64,000 nt of DNA from the NCBI GenBank assembly GCA_964344485.1, contig CAYFNF010000005.1:23455-87454 (forward strand), in the 5' to 3' direction. Below are positions 6,539-17,127 of the stretch, one piece after another. The notes under the pieces are model-generated. The model was not told the origin of the DNA. It was given only the letters and a program-made list of their open reading frames with translations, and made no database searches. Both the position numbers and the translations under genes were made by a program. This DNA is from an uncultured Gammaproteobacteria bacterium. Its GTDB lineage: Bacteria; Patescibacteriota; Patescibacteriia; UBA9570; XYC2-FULL-38-9. The number at the start of each line of letters is the position of its first letter. Position 1 is the first letter of the stretch.

Positions 6539-9500
6539 CTACTCTTGAACGATGAATAAACCAGACTTGGCAAACGCAGTACTATTTGCTTTTGGCTTCT
6601 TTGTGCTACGCGCCCGTACTTTTACGCGAATGGTCTTTCCGACGTCTGCTGATTGAATAGTCAGTCGTTTTCGTTGCAACTTCTTCTTGGCCTTCATCTT
6701 AAAGGTATGCTTCTTCTTATACGCCTTCTTACCGAATTTGAATGGAATAGCTTTGTTACTCTTATCCACGACCTTGATAACTGCTCTCAGCTGTTTTCTT
6801 CGTGGGCGTTGAGTGAAGCGCATAGTGAATGACCCTGTCTCGTCCTCATTCACTACTTTATTAGTTACTCGAACCTTTCGAGGAATCAGCGGTTTAGTTC
6901 TTAGCGAAAGGAAATCTGTCCAATCACTTTGAATAGAACCAGAGACTGCTCGTACCCGCACTTTGTAAGCGGTATTCGCAGTACGCTTCAAGATCACCTT
7001 GTTTTTCTTTGAAGTAGAATAGGTTTTTTTCTTCTTCTTTCCCTTCCACAGCTGCACCTTGTATCCAGTCGCTCCGGTCACTGCGTCCCACTTCACTTTG
7101 AATGACTTTGCTTTTCGCAGTTTCTTCACTGAACGAAGATTCTCCGGTGTGCTGAGCTCTGCCTCAGTCGAAGCAGTGCTACGAGATGAAGTGGTAATCG
7201 CAAATGTACCAAATTTAGATACATTTGCAGTGACAGTGCTGGCATCTGAGTTTACCACTGCTCCGGTGACGTCCTTCCATGACGTTCCATCGTACACTGC
7301 AATAGTGATATCATCTGCCTCCACACCTGCGTCACTCAACTGAGATGCGGTATATGGAAGGGTAATTGCAACAGCGCTATTGAACTTCGTAACCTTTGAA
7401 TTATTACTGTCCAGCACTTCTGCACGGTATCCATACGACAGCACTTGATGAGAAGACGAGCTCGGAATTTCTGAAGTAGGGGTGACCACTCCAGTCATAG
7501 TGTCTTCGGAAGACTTGGTAGAGTACGCTGGTAGAACAAACTTGGCTCCATCAGAGAAGTTGAATACCTGCTGAGTAGAAGAACTAAACGATTTGCGTTG
7601 TGAAGCTGGTAATGTAGTGGTTGCGCTCGCTACATTGAATGAAATACCAGCTGCAGAGATCCCGGTGGCTGCACTACCACTAAAGCTAAAGTCCATCGTC
7701 TCAGTTGCTTCATCTACTGTGAGCGCCACGGTTCCAGAATCATGTGCGACTCCGTCATCGTCGTCATAGGTTGCGCGTAGTGTCCAATCTTCCCCCTGAA
7801 TTACTTGCAACGAGTATGCACCGCTAGCGTCGGTCTCTGTGCTCGTCTGTGCACCATCAGATGAAAATGCACCTACTAATGCACCTTCTATTGCGTTGCT
7901 GCTTGAATCAGTCACTGTGCCAGAAATAGTAGCGTCAGCTTCTCGAGCGACAAAGCTAAGGTCTAAAGAATCGCCGCTTGCAATAATCACAGTCTGAGAC
8001 TCGGGGTTCAAGTAACTCGACCCATCAGGAACATTGACTGTAACCGTATACGTGCCTGCGGGAAGGTCTTTGGTGAATGCGCCATTAGTGTCTGTATTCA
8101 CGGAAGCAGATACTGTCGTGGAAGACAACACTGCAGTTGCGCCATCAATTGCTGTGTCATCCGGCGCTGTTAGTGTTCCGCCGATAGTCGCATCTGCTGC
8201 AACAAGTTCGAAGTCAACAGTTGCAGAGTCACCGGATGCTAATACCACTGAGTTGTCAGTTGAAGGTATTGGATAGACATCATACCCCTCGGGTGTATAG
8301 AAATTCACCGTCCAGTTTCCAGGTGCTACATCTAACTGATAGGTACTGGACCACGCGTCTGTACATGCATATCCGTTCCCACCGTTGTCTGCACAGACTG
8401 TTGCATAGAATCCAGCGGCACTGGTAAATCCTGTTATCGTTCCAGTGATTGTTGCGTCATTCTCTGCTGCCCATATTCCCACATCAACGGTTTCTGTGGA
8501 TGCTACATCGATAGTAGCAGACACTGGCGCTTCTGGAGATGAGTCAGAGAACGTGCCAGAGTCCATAATTGTATAGTCATTGTTGTAGTAATCCAGGTAC
8601 GCTTGAAGTGTATACCCTCCTTCTGGAGATGCAGGAACATCTAGTTCAAAGTAGGAGTTCTCTACCCAGCCCCACATCGCGTTACTATAGAAGTCAGCGG
8701 TACGGCCTCCGGTACCAGTAGCAACAGTCACAAATCCGTTTACGCCTGGAATGATCTCCCCTGCCTGTGCGTGCCCTTCTGCATATCGGAAGTATCCTTT
8801 CAGCTGTGCGTCTGCGACTGCAAAGGTAAAGTTCACTCCTGATGTAGTTGTATTCTCTGTTGCTTCGATAACCTGCGTTCCTTCTAGAGAAACATAGGTA
8901 ATTCCTGTGCCGGTGCTACTAGAACTCGTACCATCCGATGTTGGGCCCTCAGCAACTACGGAATATGTTTCATATCCGTCATACTTGTCACCTTCATCAT
9001 ACCCATCTCCGCCTTCGTATCCATCGCCCCCATCATACTCATCTCCGCCTTCGTACCCGTCACCACCTTCTGAAGACGAGGAGCAGTTATCACCGCTCGT
9101 TCCTGAAGGATAGCTCTGTACATACCACGTGCCTGGAGTCACATTTGCTGTATAGGATCCGTCTTGATCAGTAGTAGCATCAAACCAGTCACCACCGTTC
9201 GTCTTATACCCCCACACCCATTGGCAACCAATTCCGGCTCCTTCAGAATCGCGGACGTAACCGGAAACCACTGCATTTCTATCCAACAGTGTCATATCCA
9301 CTTCTTTGGTTTCTTGCGAACCAATAGTTACCAGTACATCATTTGGCGCACCTTGCTCACAGCTCGTTTGATATGCAAATGCGCTGACACTGTACGTTCC
9401 TGCCGGAAGGCTGAGCTCCGCAACGCCGCTACTGACATCTGCCCATTGCCATACCGTGTCTGAATTCACGCTGACTCCAGCGCCAGAGCTGACTAGCCCG

Positions 9501-11179
9501 CCTCCACATGCAGAGGAATTATAGAGTGATACTTGCAACGTTGCATCCGCTGCCACAGCAACTACATCGCCGAGCGCAACTGTGCTACCGGTATTATCTG
9601 CAAATGATGCAGTATATGTCTGCGTAAAGAAGTACGTGGCTGGGTATTCATACGAGTCAAAGTAGATCGTATAAGAGCCGGCACCAACGTTTTGGCTCAT
9701 ACTTCCGTCCTCGCCTGTTGTTCCGTAAAAATAGTTCTTTCCATCATTAGTCCAGCCGTAGTAATACGCTTGTACTGGAGTATTTGCAGCTCCGGAGTAC
9801 CCTGAGCTACTCGATCCGGATGTATACGTAGTTGCAGTGATCGTGTTATTTGCTGATTCCAATACCAATGCTACATTCGAATTTGGCGCGGTAAACGCTT
9901 GAGGTTCTGGTGCGATGTATTGCGCTGACGCATCGCCATCATCCATGCCAACCCAGTCAACTTCTGCGGTATAATCACCAGCATCAACATTAAACAACGC
10001 TTGCCCATTAACCGTATATCCCCATTTCCAAACAGTATATGTGGAGTCATAGACATAGATATACGTCCAATCCGGTGCTGGGGTCGTACCGTCTGGTTTA
10101 TAGACATTTACAATCACGCTTGGTTCTACTAGCTCGATATTCGTCGGCAGTCCGCTTGTAGTTCCAAGATCTGCATCAAACGTAAATTCAATTTTATCTG
10201 GTGCTGTATAGGTTCCAGTGTGCTCTGTTCCTGTGATATCAAACTCTAAGTAATACGTCCCGCTCGTATCCAAGGAAAATGAGAACGTTCCGGTTTCACT
10301 AGTCTCAAACCATTCATATACGGACCAGGTATCATTATATACCCACCCCCATGCGCTACTTACTGCTGCTGCTTCTGGTGTCAATAATGTTGCAGACACG
10401 TTCGGTACGCGCATCTCGAATGCATCACCGCTTACTCCATCTCGATAGACTGTCTCACCTGCGGTAAACACAATTTCTTCAGCAGAAGGAGCCTGTAATT
10501 CAAGTTCTCCATAGTAGGAAAAAGAAACTTCGCAGGTTCCGCTAAGCTGCCCAGCAATAGTGAACTCACCGCTGGTGTCTGTTGTTGCATATGCATAGGT
10601 ATACTCCGCCCCTTCATAACAGTTTACATTCACATAGACATCTGCCACTCCTAACGTTGTACTTGGGTCAATTACTACTCCATCTAACGCAACAGTTCCA
10701 ACAACAAATGAGTTTGCGGTCATATTGACCCATTCATAGGTGATGTAATCTGTATAAGAGCCTGTCAACTGATATGACCCTTCTGTTTCGACATTCGTTA
10801 CATTAGCTACAGTGAACTCTGCTGCTACTCCTGCAGTGAGGGTTTCTGAGAGTTCAATAGTCATGTTCCCAATATCATCAACTGTCATATCACCATTCCC
10901 AGAGGTGAGTGTTGCAGCACTCAGATCAAAGTATTCCATGTCTCCGTTGTCCAACATCGCGGATGGCGTGTAGAAATAGAGATATGTTCCACTTGAGACA
11001 TCAGACTCCGGAGTAAAAGAGAACGTCCAGTCACTACTCCCTCCGGGAGTCGTACTGGTTGTCTCCATGGTCATGGTCAGGTCACTAGCTGCTGCTGATT
11101 GAAAAAGCGCTAGCACACCGACAAACGCAATAGCTGCAACCGCAGCCCACTGCTTAAATCGTAGAAATGTTTGAGTCAT
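6539..11179 (-). CDS. Giant secreted cell-surface protein (1546 aa), Thr/Ser/Gly/Tyr-rich beta-rich repeats, C-terminal Lys-rich FN3-like tail
   Basis: N-terminal signal peptide. Long acidic T/S/G/Y-rich low-complexity adhesin-like region. C-terminal ~250 aa strongly Lys-rich with an FN3-like segment (GATGYKVQLWKGKKKKKTYSTSKKNKVILKRTANTAYKVRVRAVSG). Confidence 0.85.
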   Translation of the reverse strand: MTQTFLRFKQWAAVAAIAFVGVLALFQSAAASDLTMTMETTSTTPGGSSDWTFSFTPESDVSSGTYLYFYTPSAMLDNGDMEYFDLSAATLTSGNGDMTVDDIGNMTIELSETLTAGVAAEFTVANVTNVETEGSYQLTGSYTDYITYEWVNMTANSFVVGTVALDGVVIDPSTTLGVADVYVNVNCYEGAEYTYAYATTDTSGEFTIAGQLSGTCEVSFSYYGELELQAPSAEEIVFTAGETVYRDGVSGDAFEMRVPNVSATLLTPEAAAVSSAWGWVYNDTWSVYEWFETSETGTFSFSLDTSGTYYLEFDITGTEHTGTYTAPDKIEFTFDADLGTTSGLPTNIELVEPSVIVNVYKPDGTTPAPDWTYIYVYDSTYTVWKWGYTVNGQALFNVDAGDYTAEVDWVGMDDGDASAQYIAPEPQAFTAPNSNVALVLESANNTITATTYTSGSSSSGYSGAANTPVQAYYYGWTNDGKNYFYGTTGEDGSMSQNVGAGSYTIYFDSYEYPATYFFTQTYTASFADNTGSTVALGDVVAVAADATLQVSLYNSSACGGGLVSSGAGVSVNSDTVWQWADVSSGVAELSLPAGTYSVSAFAYQTSCEQGAPNDVLVTIGSQETKEVDMTLLDRNAVVSGYVRDSEGAGIGCQWVWGYKTNGGDWFDATTDQDGSYTANVTPGTWYVQSYPSGTSGDNCSSSSEGGDGYEGGDEYDGGDGYEGGDGYDEGDKYDGYETYSVVAEGPTSDGTSSSSTGTGITYVSLEGTQVIEATENTTTSGVNFTFAVADAQLKGYFRYAEGHAQAGEIIPGVNGFVTVATGTGGRTADFYSNAMWGWVENSYFELDVPASPEGGYTLQAYLDYYNNDYTIMDSGTFSDSSPEAPVSATIDVASTETVDVGIWAAENDATITGTITGFTSAAGFYATVCADNGGNGYACTDAWSSTYQLDVAPGNWTVNFYTPEGYDVYPIPSTDNSVVLASGDSATVDFELVAADATIGGTLTAPDDTAIDGATAVLSSTTVSASVNTDTNGAFTKDLPAGTYTVTVNVPDGSSYLNPESQTVIIASGDSLDLSFVAREADATISGTVTDSSSNAIEGALVGAFSSDGAQTSTETDASGAYSLQVIQGEDWTLRATYDDDDGVAHDSGTVALTVDEATETMDFSFSGSAATGISAAGISFNVASATTTLPASQRKSFSSSTQQVFNFSDGAKFVLPAYSTKSSEDTMTGVVTPTSEIPSSSSHQVLSYGYRAEVLDSNNSKVTKFNSAVAITLPYTASQLSDAGVEADDITIAVYDGTSWKDVTGAVVNSDASTVTANVSKFGTFAITTSSRSTASTEAELSTPENLRSVKKLRKAKSFKVKWDAVTGATGYKVQLWKGKKKKKTYSTSKKNKVILKRTANTAYKVRVRAVSGSIQSDWTDFLSLRTKPLIPRKVRVTNKVVNEDETGSFTMRFTQRPRRKQLRAVIKVVDKSNKAIPFKFGKKAYKKKHTFKMKAKKKLQRKRLTIQSADVGKTIRVKVRARSTKKPKANSTAFAKSGLFIVQE

Positions 11180-11409
11180 ATGTTTGATTTTAATTTATTT
11201 GTATAAATAAACGCCGGTATGATACCGACGAAAATAGCTTTAACTCTCTTGAGGCTTCAAGTAGATAAAGTAATTATTGTAGTAATTGCTATACATGATG
11301 GCTTGGCTTACTGCATAGTTATATACAGTAAGTGCATAATGAATTATAGCATTTTTTACAAGGTAAAACAAGGTTGTCATATAACGTATGAAAGAGCGCC
11401 TTAATATTC

Positions 11410-11438
11410 TTGACAACTTGTCTCTGCGTGAGTATGAT
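11410..11438 (+). promoter_or_regulatory. Promoter of the DHH-family gene (TTGACA, 17 bp, TATGAT)
   Basis: TTGACA 11410-11415, 17-nt spacer, TATGAT 11433-11438, ATG at 11447. Confidence 0.5.
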
Positions 11439-11446
11439 GAATTGTC

Positions 11447-12586
11447 ATGGTTAAAGTAGCAAAAGAAGAACAAATCCTAGAACTCATTAACCAAAGCGCT
11501 TCCGTGCTTATTTGTTTGCCAGAACAACCAAGCACAGATGCAATCGCTTCGGGTCTTGGAGTGTTATCTACCATTGAAAAATTGCAGAAAAAAGGAAAGG
11601 TAGTGTCCTCAGGATTTCAACTACCCACCAATCACTCTTTCCTGCCGAAGAGCAACGAAATCTTTGATGACGTCTCGACGTTGCGTAAATTTATTATCTC
11701 GCTTGATACGTCCACTACCAGCGTGGAAGAGCTTTCCTATAATATTGAAGGAGACAAATTAAATATCTATATCGCTCCGAAAGACGGTTTCTTTTCTGAA
11801 GAGGACGTGCAGACGCAATCCGGAGAGTACGCATTTGATTTAGTTATTACTATTGATAGCCAAGATTTGGATTCACTTGGTCGGCTATATGAGATGAACG
11901 CCGAATTTTTTTATCGCACACCAATTGTAAATATTGACCATAGCCCAGCAAATGACCACTTTGGTCAGATCAATTTAGTGCATGTGACTGCTACCTCTAC
12001 ATCCGAAATTGTCTTTGAGCTAATAAAGGATTGGGGTGAGCAGATACTAGATGAATATATTGCAACAAACTTGCTGACTGGAATGATCTCAAAGACCAAG
12101 AGCTTTCAATCGGGCTCTATTACACCGCGTTCACTTGCAATTGCTTCTCACTTAATTTCGCAAGGAGCACGACGTGAAGATATCGTGAAGCACTTATACC
12201 AATCAAAGAAAGTCTCTACATTAAAACTCTGGGGACGAGCACTGACTAAACTGCAGGCAGATATTGACAACAAGATCGTCTGGTCCGTTCTTTCTCATCA
12301 AGATTTTACTGAAACTGAAGCAGAAGAAGATGATCTATCAGACGTCATTGATGAGCTGATTATTAACACTCCAGAAGCGAAAAACGTCTTCCTGCTCTAC
12401 CCAAAGGACAAGCAAACTATTCGCGGACTTATCAGCACAGCTCCATATATTAATGCATTGGATCTATTTCAAGATTTCTCTCCTGAAGGCTCTGAACATT
12501 ACGTGACGATATCTGTTACTGACAAAACCATACAAGAAATTGAACATATTATTCTAGACCATCTGCGCAAGGTCGCAGTAGCGTAG
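11447..12586 (+). CDS. DHH/DHHA1-family phosphoesterase, NrnA-like with degenerate catalytic motifs
   Basis: Collinear with NrnA (oligoribonuclease/pAp phosphatase), but motif I DPD is STD and DHH is DHS (NIDHSPAND). C-terminal DHHA1-like region present. Confidence 0.6.
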   Translation: MVKVAKEEQILELINQSASVLICLPEQPSTDAIASGLGVLSTIEKLQKKGKVVSSGFQLPTNHSFLPKSNEIFDDVSTLRKFIISLDTSTTSVEELSYNIEGDKLNIYIAPKDGFFSEEDVQTQSGEYAFDLVITIDSQDLDSLGRLYEMNAEFFYRTPIVNIDHSPANDHFGQINLVHVTATSTSEIVFELIKDWGEQILDEYIATNLLTGMISKTKSFQSGSITPRSLAIASHLISQGARREDIVKHLYQSKKVSTLKLWGRALTKLQADIDNKIVWSVLSHQDFTETEAEEDDLSDVIDELIINTPEAKNVFLLYPKDKQTIRGLISTAPYINALDLFQDFSPEGSEHYVTISVTDKTIQEIEHIILDHLRKVAVA

Positions 12587-12600
12587 TAATTCCACGACAG

Positions 12601-12628
12601 AGCGGCTTTTATTAACACCGCTTTTTTG
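12601..12628 (+). terminator. Rho-independent terminator after the DHH gene
   Basis: agcgg (12601-12605) / ccgct (12618-12622) stem followed by T6. Confidence 0.45.
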
Positions 12629-12642
12629 ATATACTCTGGTAT

Positions 12643-14415
12643 ATGGATGATAAAGGATTTAGATCAATAGAAGATCTCATCACAGATGAAGGTGCGAGCA
12701 GTGGCTCTGGCGCCAGTACCGCCCAGGACGATGATGAAGTCAAAGACCTAGAAGATATGTCCGCTGATGAGAAAGTGGACGAAAAGATGGAGGAACTGCG
12801 CCTGGAGACACTGGAGAATGAGGCCATGGCAAAAGCAGGGATGTATGACATGAAGTACATCAACTTGTTTGCATTTCCTATCGGCCCAGAGATAATCTCA
12901 CTTATACCTGAAGAAGAGGCCAAGGAACATAAGATTGTTTCTTTCTTTCGGTTAGAGAATATGATTCGAGTAGGAATTGTGGATCCAGATGACCCAGCAG
13001 TGAATGATATCATCGCGAACCTGCAAACCCGGCATGATGGTTCGAAAGTTGAGATGTATCTGATTTCGCAGCATAGTTTTGACCAAGCAGCCAAGCTCTA
13101 TAAAAATGTTGCGAAAGTAAAAACTATAGAAACAGGAGTTAAAATTACTAAAGAGAGCCTAGAGCAATACCAACAAGAACTAACATCACAAGAAATTTTT
13201 GAAAAAAAGCTCCAAGAAGTTGATATGACGCAAGCGTTTGCCATGATTATCTCCATGGCTATGAATGTTAGTACCTCTGATATCCACATTGAAGCTGAAG
13301 AAAAGAACTTAGTGATTCGTTTTCGTATTGATGGTGTGCTGACCGTATACGCGACCCTGCCGCCAAATATCACTAAACGCTTAGTGAATCGTATTAAAGC
13401 TGTAGCTGGATTAAAGATCAACATCTCAGAGATTCCGCAAGACGGACGTATTACCATTGAACTCGGTGAAGATGATAAGCTGGATATTCGTGTTTCAACG
13501 CTACCGTCAGCGTTTGGTGAAAGTGTGGTATTCCGTCTGTTAAAGTCCTCTTCAGTTGGGCTATCATTCGAGGATCTTGGTATGCGACCGCTAGCGTTTG
13601 AACGGCTGAAAGCAGAGATTGATAAACCGAACGGTATGATTATCACTACTGGTCCAACTGGTTCTGGTAAAACCACAACTTTGTATGCGATCCTTAATAA
13701 GCTGAATACTCCAGAGAACAAGATCATTACACTGGAGAACCCGATTGAGTATAAGCTAAGAGGAATTGTACAGAGTCAGATTGACCACTCAAAGAAATAC
13801 ACCTTTGCACTCGGGCTGCGTGCGATTCTGCGACAAGACCCGGATATTGTCATGGTTGGTGAGATCCGTGACCTGGAAACCGCGGAGACTGCGATTCATG
13901 CAGCACTGACCGGTCATTTGATGCTATCCACCATTCATACGAATGATGCAACTGGCGCAGTGCCCCGGTTCCTGGGAATGGGAGTGAATGCAACACTGCT
14001 CGCGCCTGCATTGAATGCAGTGATTGGACAACGGTTGGTGCGTCGCATCTGTGAAGAGTGCAAACAAGAGCACACTCCTCCAAAAGAACAACTGGATAGA
14101 ATGAAAGAATGGATAGATAATATCCCTGAGAACTCCGGTGAGGAAAAGCCTGACCTCTCTTCAGTAACGCTCTATAAAGGCGCCGGGTGTTCGACATGTA
14201 ATGATACTGGATATAAAGGCCGCGTCGGTATTTACGAAATATTTACTATGCAACCGAAGATAGAGGAGCAGATTCTCTCTGGGAAAGTCTCAGAGCACCA
14301 AATGAAAGTACTGCTTCGTGAAGGAGGAATGGTGACCATGGGTCAAGATGGAATGCTCAAAGCACTTGATGGAATGACCACTCTGGATGAGGTCTTCCGT
14401 GTTGCAAAAGAATAA
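12643..14415 (+). CDS. Type II/IV secretion ATPase (PilB/GspE family)
   Basis: Walker A GPTGSGKTTTLYA, Asp box and His box (GEIRD...), C-terminal tetracysteine CxxC...CxxC zinc motif. N-terminal GSPII_E-like domain. Confidence 0.85.
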   Translation: MDDKGFRSIEDLITDEGASSGSGASTAQDDDEVKDLEDMSADEKVDEKMEELRLETLENEAMAKAGMYDMKYINLFAFPIGPEIISLIPEEEAKEHKIVSFFRLENMIRVGIVDPDDPAVNDIIANLQTRHDGSKVEMYLISQHSFDQAAKLYKNVAKVKTIETGVKITKESLEQYQQELTSQEIFEKKLQEVDMTQAFAMIISMAMNVSTSDIHIEAEEKNLVIRFRIDGVLTVYATLPPNITKRLVNRIKAVAGLKINISEIPQDGRITIELGEDDKLDIRVSTLPSAFGESVVFRLLKSSSVGLSFEDLGMRPLAFERLKAEIDKPNGMIITTGPTGSGKTTTLYAILNKLNTPENKIITLENPIEYKLRGIVQSQIDHSKKYTFALGLRAILRQDPDIVMVGEIRDLETAETAIHAALTGHLMLSTIHTNDATGAVPRFLGMGVNATLLAPALNAVIGQRLVRRICEECKQEHTPPKEQLDRMKEWIDNIPENSGEEKPDLSSVTLYKGAGCSTCNDTGYKGRVGIYEIFTMQPKIEEQILSGKVSEHQMKVLLREGGMVTMGQDGMLKALDGMTTLDEVFRVAKE

Positions 14416-14420
14416 CTTAT

Positions 14421-14464
14421 ATAAAAAAACCCGCACTTGTCTACTTCATGCGGGTCTTTGATTT
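14421..14464. terminator. Bidirectional terminator between the PilB gene and valS
   Basis: A-run, cccgca (14430-14435) / tgcggg (14449-14454) stem, then tctttgattt. Confidence 0.55.
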
Positions 14465-14471
14465 AGGATTG

Positions 14472-17063
14472 TTACTCAAGCGCTTCAAGTGACTGCTGCA
14501 GAGCGTCGCGCTCAGCTTCGCGCTCCTTCTTGGACTCCTCTGTCTGCTGAATTACTTGCTCAGGTGCGTTCTCAGTAAACTTCTTGTTCTTCAGTTTTTT
14601 CTCTACTTGCGCGATATATTGTGAAATATGTTTTATCTCTTTTTCAATACGCTGCTTCTCTTTTTCTACATTAATAACCCCATCGAGTGGCAGAACGAGT
14701 TTCACTTCCCCGGTTACAACGGTCGCGCTATGAGTAAACTCTTTTTCTTTCACGAACTCTACACGTGCAAGATGCTGAATGAGTGCTGTATGTGATTCTT
14801 CCATTCCAGGATCTACTACCTCTAACTGCTTCCCTGGTTCAATGCGATACTCACGGCGGATATTTCGAATCGACGTGATCAACTCTTGTATTGTACTGAA
14901 CTGCTTCTCTATCTCTGGCTGAATCTTGCTAGTCTCTGCTGTTGGCCACTCTTGAACAATGAGCAAACTCTCTTTTCCCATCTGTTTCCACAGAACCTCT
15001 GTAACAAAAGGTATATACGGATGAGTAAGGATCACTACGCTCTCTAAGACTTGCCGCGCTACAGTATTATTCGGCTGGATCTTTGATGCTTCAATATACC
15101 AGTCTGCGAACTCATGCCATACGAAATCATACAGCCTCTCTGCTGCTTGGCTGAATTGATACTGTTCAAAATCATTAGTTACTTCCTGCGTTACTTGATT
15201 GACTCGAGATAAGATCCACTGATCTGCAAGCGTTAATTCTTGCGTATCGTCCGTTGGTTCCTGAGATAAGACATATCGAGAGATGTTCCAGAGTTTGTTG
15301 ACGAAATTTCTCGCGTCTTCCACTTTCTCTTCATAGAAACGTGCATCATTCCCTGGCGCAATGCCTTTGAGCAAACTCAAACGCAGTGCATCTGTTCCAT
15401 ACTTTTTACAAATTTCTATTGGATCAATACCGTTGCCTGCGGACTTGGAGAATTTTTTCCCTTCCTTATCGCGCAGAATACCGTGCACATATACATTATG
15501 GAATGGGATATCGTCCAATGCGTACGTTGACATCAAAATCATTCGTGCAAGCCAAAGAAAAATTATCTCATACCCCATCTGCATCCAGCTCGTTGAGTGA
15601 TAGGTTCGGAGATCATCACTCTGCTCTGGCCACCCTAGCGTGGAGAACGTCCACATTCCTGAAGAGAACCACGTATCTAAGGTATCTTCATCTTGCTGCC
15701 AGTCCTTTCCTGGAGATTCTGTGCCGACCTGTATGTCATCGCCGTTATACCATACTGGAATGCGGTGCCCCCACCAGATCTGCCGACTAATACACCAGTC
15801 GCGGAGATTATCGATCCAATGCAAGTACGTTTTATGGAATCGCTCTGGAATGATGATCACTTGCCTCTCTTTGTCTTGCTTATGACCAGTAGTCACTGCG
15901 TCACGCATTAACTCTTTTAAGGATTTTCCGCGACCAGGGATCTCTTTATTCACATCCACGAACCATTGGTCCATAGGTAACGCTTCAACTACGTCCCCAA
16001 ACCGATCAGAAGTACCGACCGAATGTGTAATCTCTTCATTGTTTGTAATTAATCCTTGCTTCTCTAACCATGCAACAAGCTTCTCTCGCGCTTCTATGGT
16101 GGTGAGTCCTTCATACTCCTTCCCCGCAGCAGATGTCATCAGCCCATCCTCCCCAATCACCTTTATTAATCCAATTTCTGGCTTCTTCTGGTACATCTCA
16201 AAATCCGCTTGGCTATGCGCTGGTGTCACGCCCACTGCACCAGTCCCGTACTCTGGGTCCACCGTATCGTCTGCGATGATAGTTATTGCAAGAGGGGTCT
16301 CAGCACCGATATCTACGGTATACTGCTTGCCGACATACTCTTTATACCGCTTATCATCAGGGTGTACTGCTACTGCAGTATCACCGAGCTTGGTCTCTGG
16401 ACGCGTAGTTGCAATCTCAATTGGGAAGTCTTTTGAGTATTTAAATGTATACACCGTAGTTTGCTGGTCCACATACACGAGTTCATCTTCTGAACACGTA
16501 GACTGTCCTTTAACTGACCAATTCACAACGCGATATCCGCGATAGATCAGTCCATCGTCGTACATGAGACGGAACATCTCATTCACAGCAGCTGAACGCT
16601 CTTCATCAAACGTGTACGCTAGGCGAGACCAGTCACAGCTGGTACCCATCTTGCGCACCTGTGACAGAATAGTACCTTTACACTCTTCTGCATAATCACG
16701 AATAATCTCTAATAACTTCTCGCGGCCGTAATGCTGCCGTGGGTTATCTATGCCCTTCTTTTTTTCATTGTCTTCTACACGAGCTTGAGTGGCCACTGCA
16801 GCGTGGTCTGTGCCTGGAACCAATAGAGCTTTCTTTCCTCGCATGCGCTGATACCGCAACTCTACATCCATTAGTGAATTTTCCAGTGCATGTCCCAAAT
16901 GCAACACTCCAGTCACATTTGGAGGAGGCATCATAATACAAAACGGCTCTTTTCGGTCACCTGGCAAGTTGTCTGGATTGAAAAATCCCGACTCTTCCCA
17001 GGTCGTATATATATCATCTTCGTATTTGTTTGCGTTATACGCTTTTTCCATAGTATTTGACAT
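14472..17063 (-). CDS. valS: Valine--tRNA ligase
   Basis: PPPNVTGVLHLGHA (HIGH), KFSKS (KMSKS), editing domain, C-terminal coiled coil typical of ValS. I put the start at the MSNTMEKAYN Met (17063) rather than the longer ORF start. Confidence 0.9.
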   Translation of the reverse strand: MSNTMEKAYNANKYEDDIYTTWEESGFFNPDNLPGDRKEPFCIMMPPPNVTGVLHLGHALENSLMDVELRYQRMRGKKALLVPGTDHAAVATQARVEDNEKKKGIDNPRQHYGREKLLEIIRDYAEECKGTILSQVRKMGTSCDWSRLAYTFDEERSAAVNEMFRLMYDDGLIYRGYRVVNWSVKGQSTCSEDELVYVDQQTTVYTFKYSKDFPIEIATTRPETKLGDTAVAVHPDDKRYKEYVGKQYTVDIGAETPLAITIIADDTVDPEYGTGAVGVTPAHSQADFEMYQKKPEIGLIKVIGEDGLMTSAAGKEYEGLTTIEAREKLVAWLEKQGLITNNEEITHSVGTSDRFGDVVEALPMDQWFVDVNKEIPGRGKSLKELMRDAVTTGHKQDKERQVIIIPERFHKTYLHWIDNLRDWCISRQIWWGHRIPVWYNGDDIQVGTESPGKDWQQDEDTLDTWFSSGMWTFSTLGWPEQSDDLRTYHSTSWMQMGYEIIFLWLARMILMSTYALDDIPFHNVYVHGILRDKEGKKFSKSAGNGIDPIEICKKYGTDALRLSLLKGIAPGNDARFYEEKVEDARNFVNKLWNISRYVLSQEPTDDTQELTLADQWILSRVNQVTQEVTNDFEQYQFSQAAERLYDFVWHEFADWYIEASKIQPNNTVARQVLESVVILTHPYIPFVTEVLWKQMGKESLLIVQEWPTAETSKIQPEIEKQFSTIQELITSIRNIRREYRIEPGKQLEVVDPGMEESHTALIQHLARVEFVKEKEFTHSATVVTGEVKLVLPLDGVINVEKEKQRIEKEIKHISQYIAQVEKKLKNKKFTENAPEQVIQQTEESKKEREAERDALQQSLEALE

Positions 17064-17127
17064 AAGTATGATTATTTCGTTAAGTATATGTACCTCATAT
17101 CCCAATGACGGGAACTGGAGGGTGAAA

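Noticed and set aside
7059-10617. Short antisense or alternative-frame ORFs inside the giant surface-protein gene (e.g. 8907..9113, 8938..9174, 9164..9463)
   Set aside because: Products are Pro/Ser/His-rich repeats generated by the antisense of T/S/G/Y-rich coding repeats. Fully contained in a convincing 1546-aa ORF.
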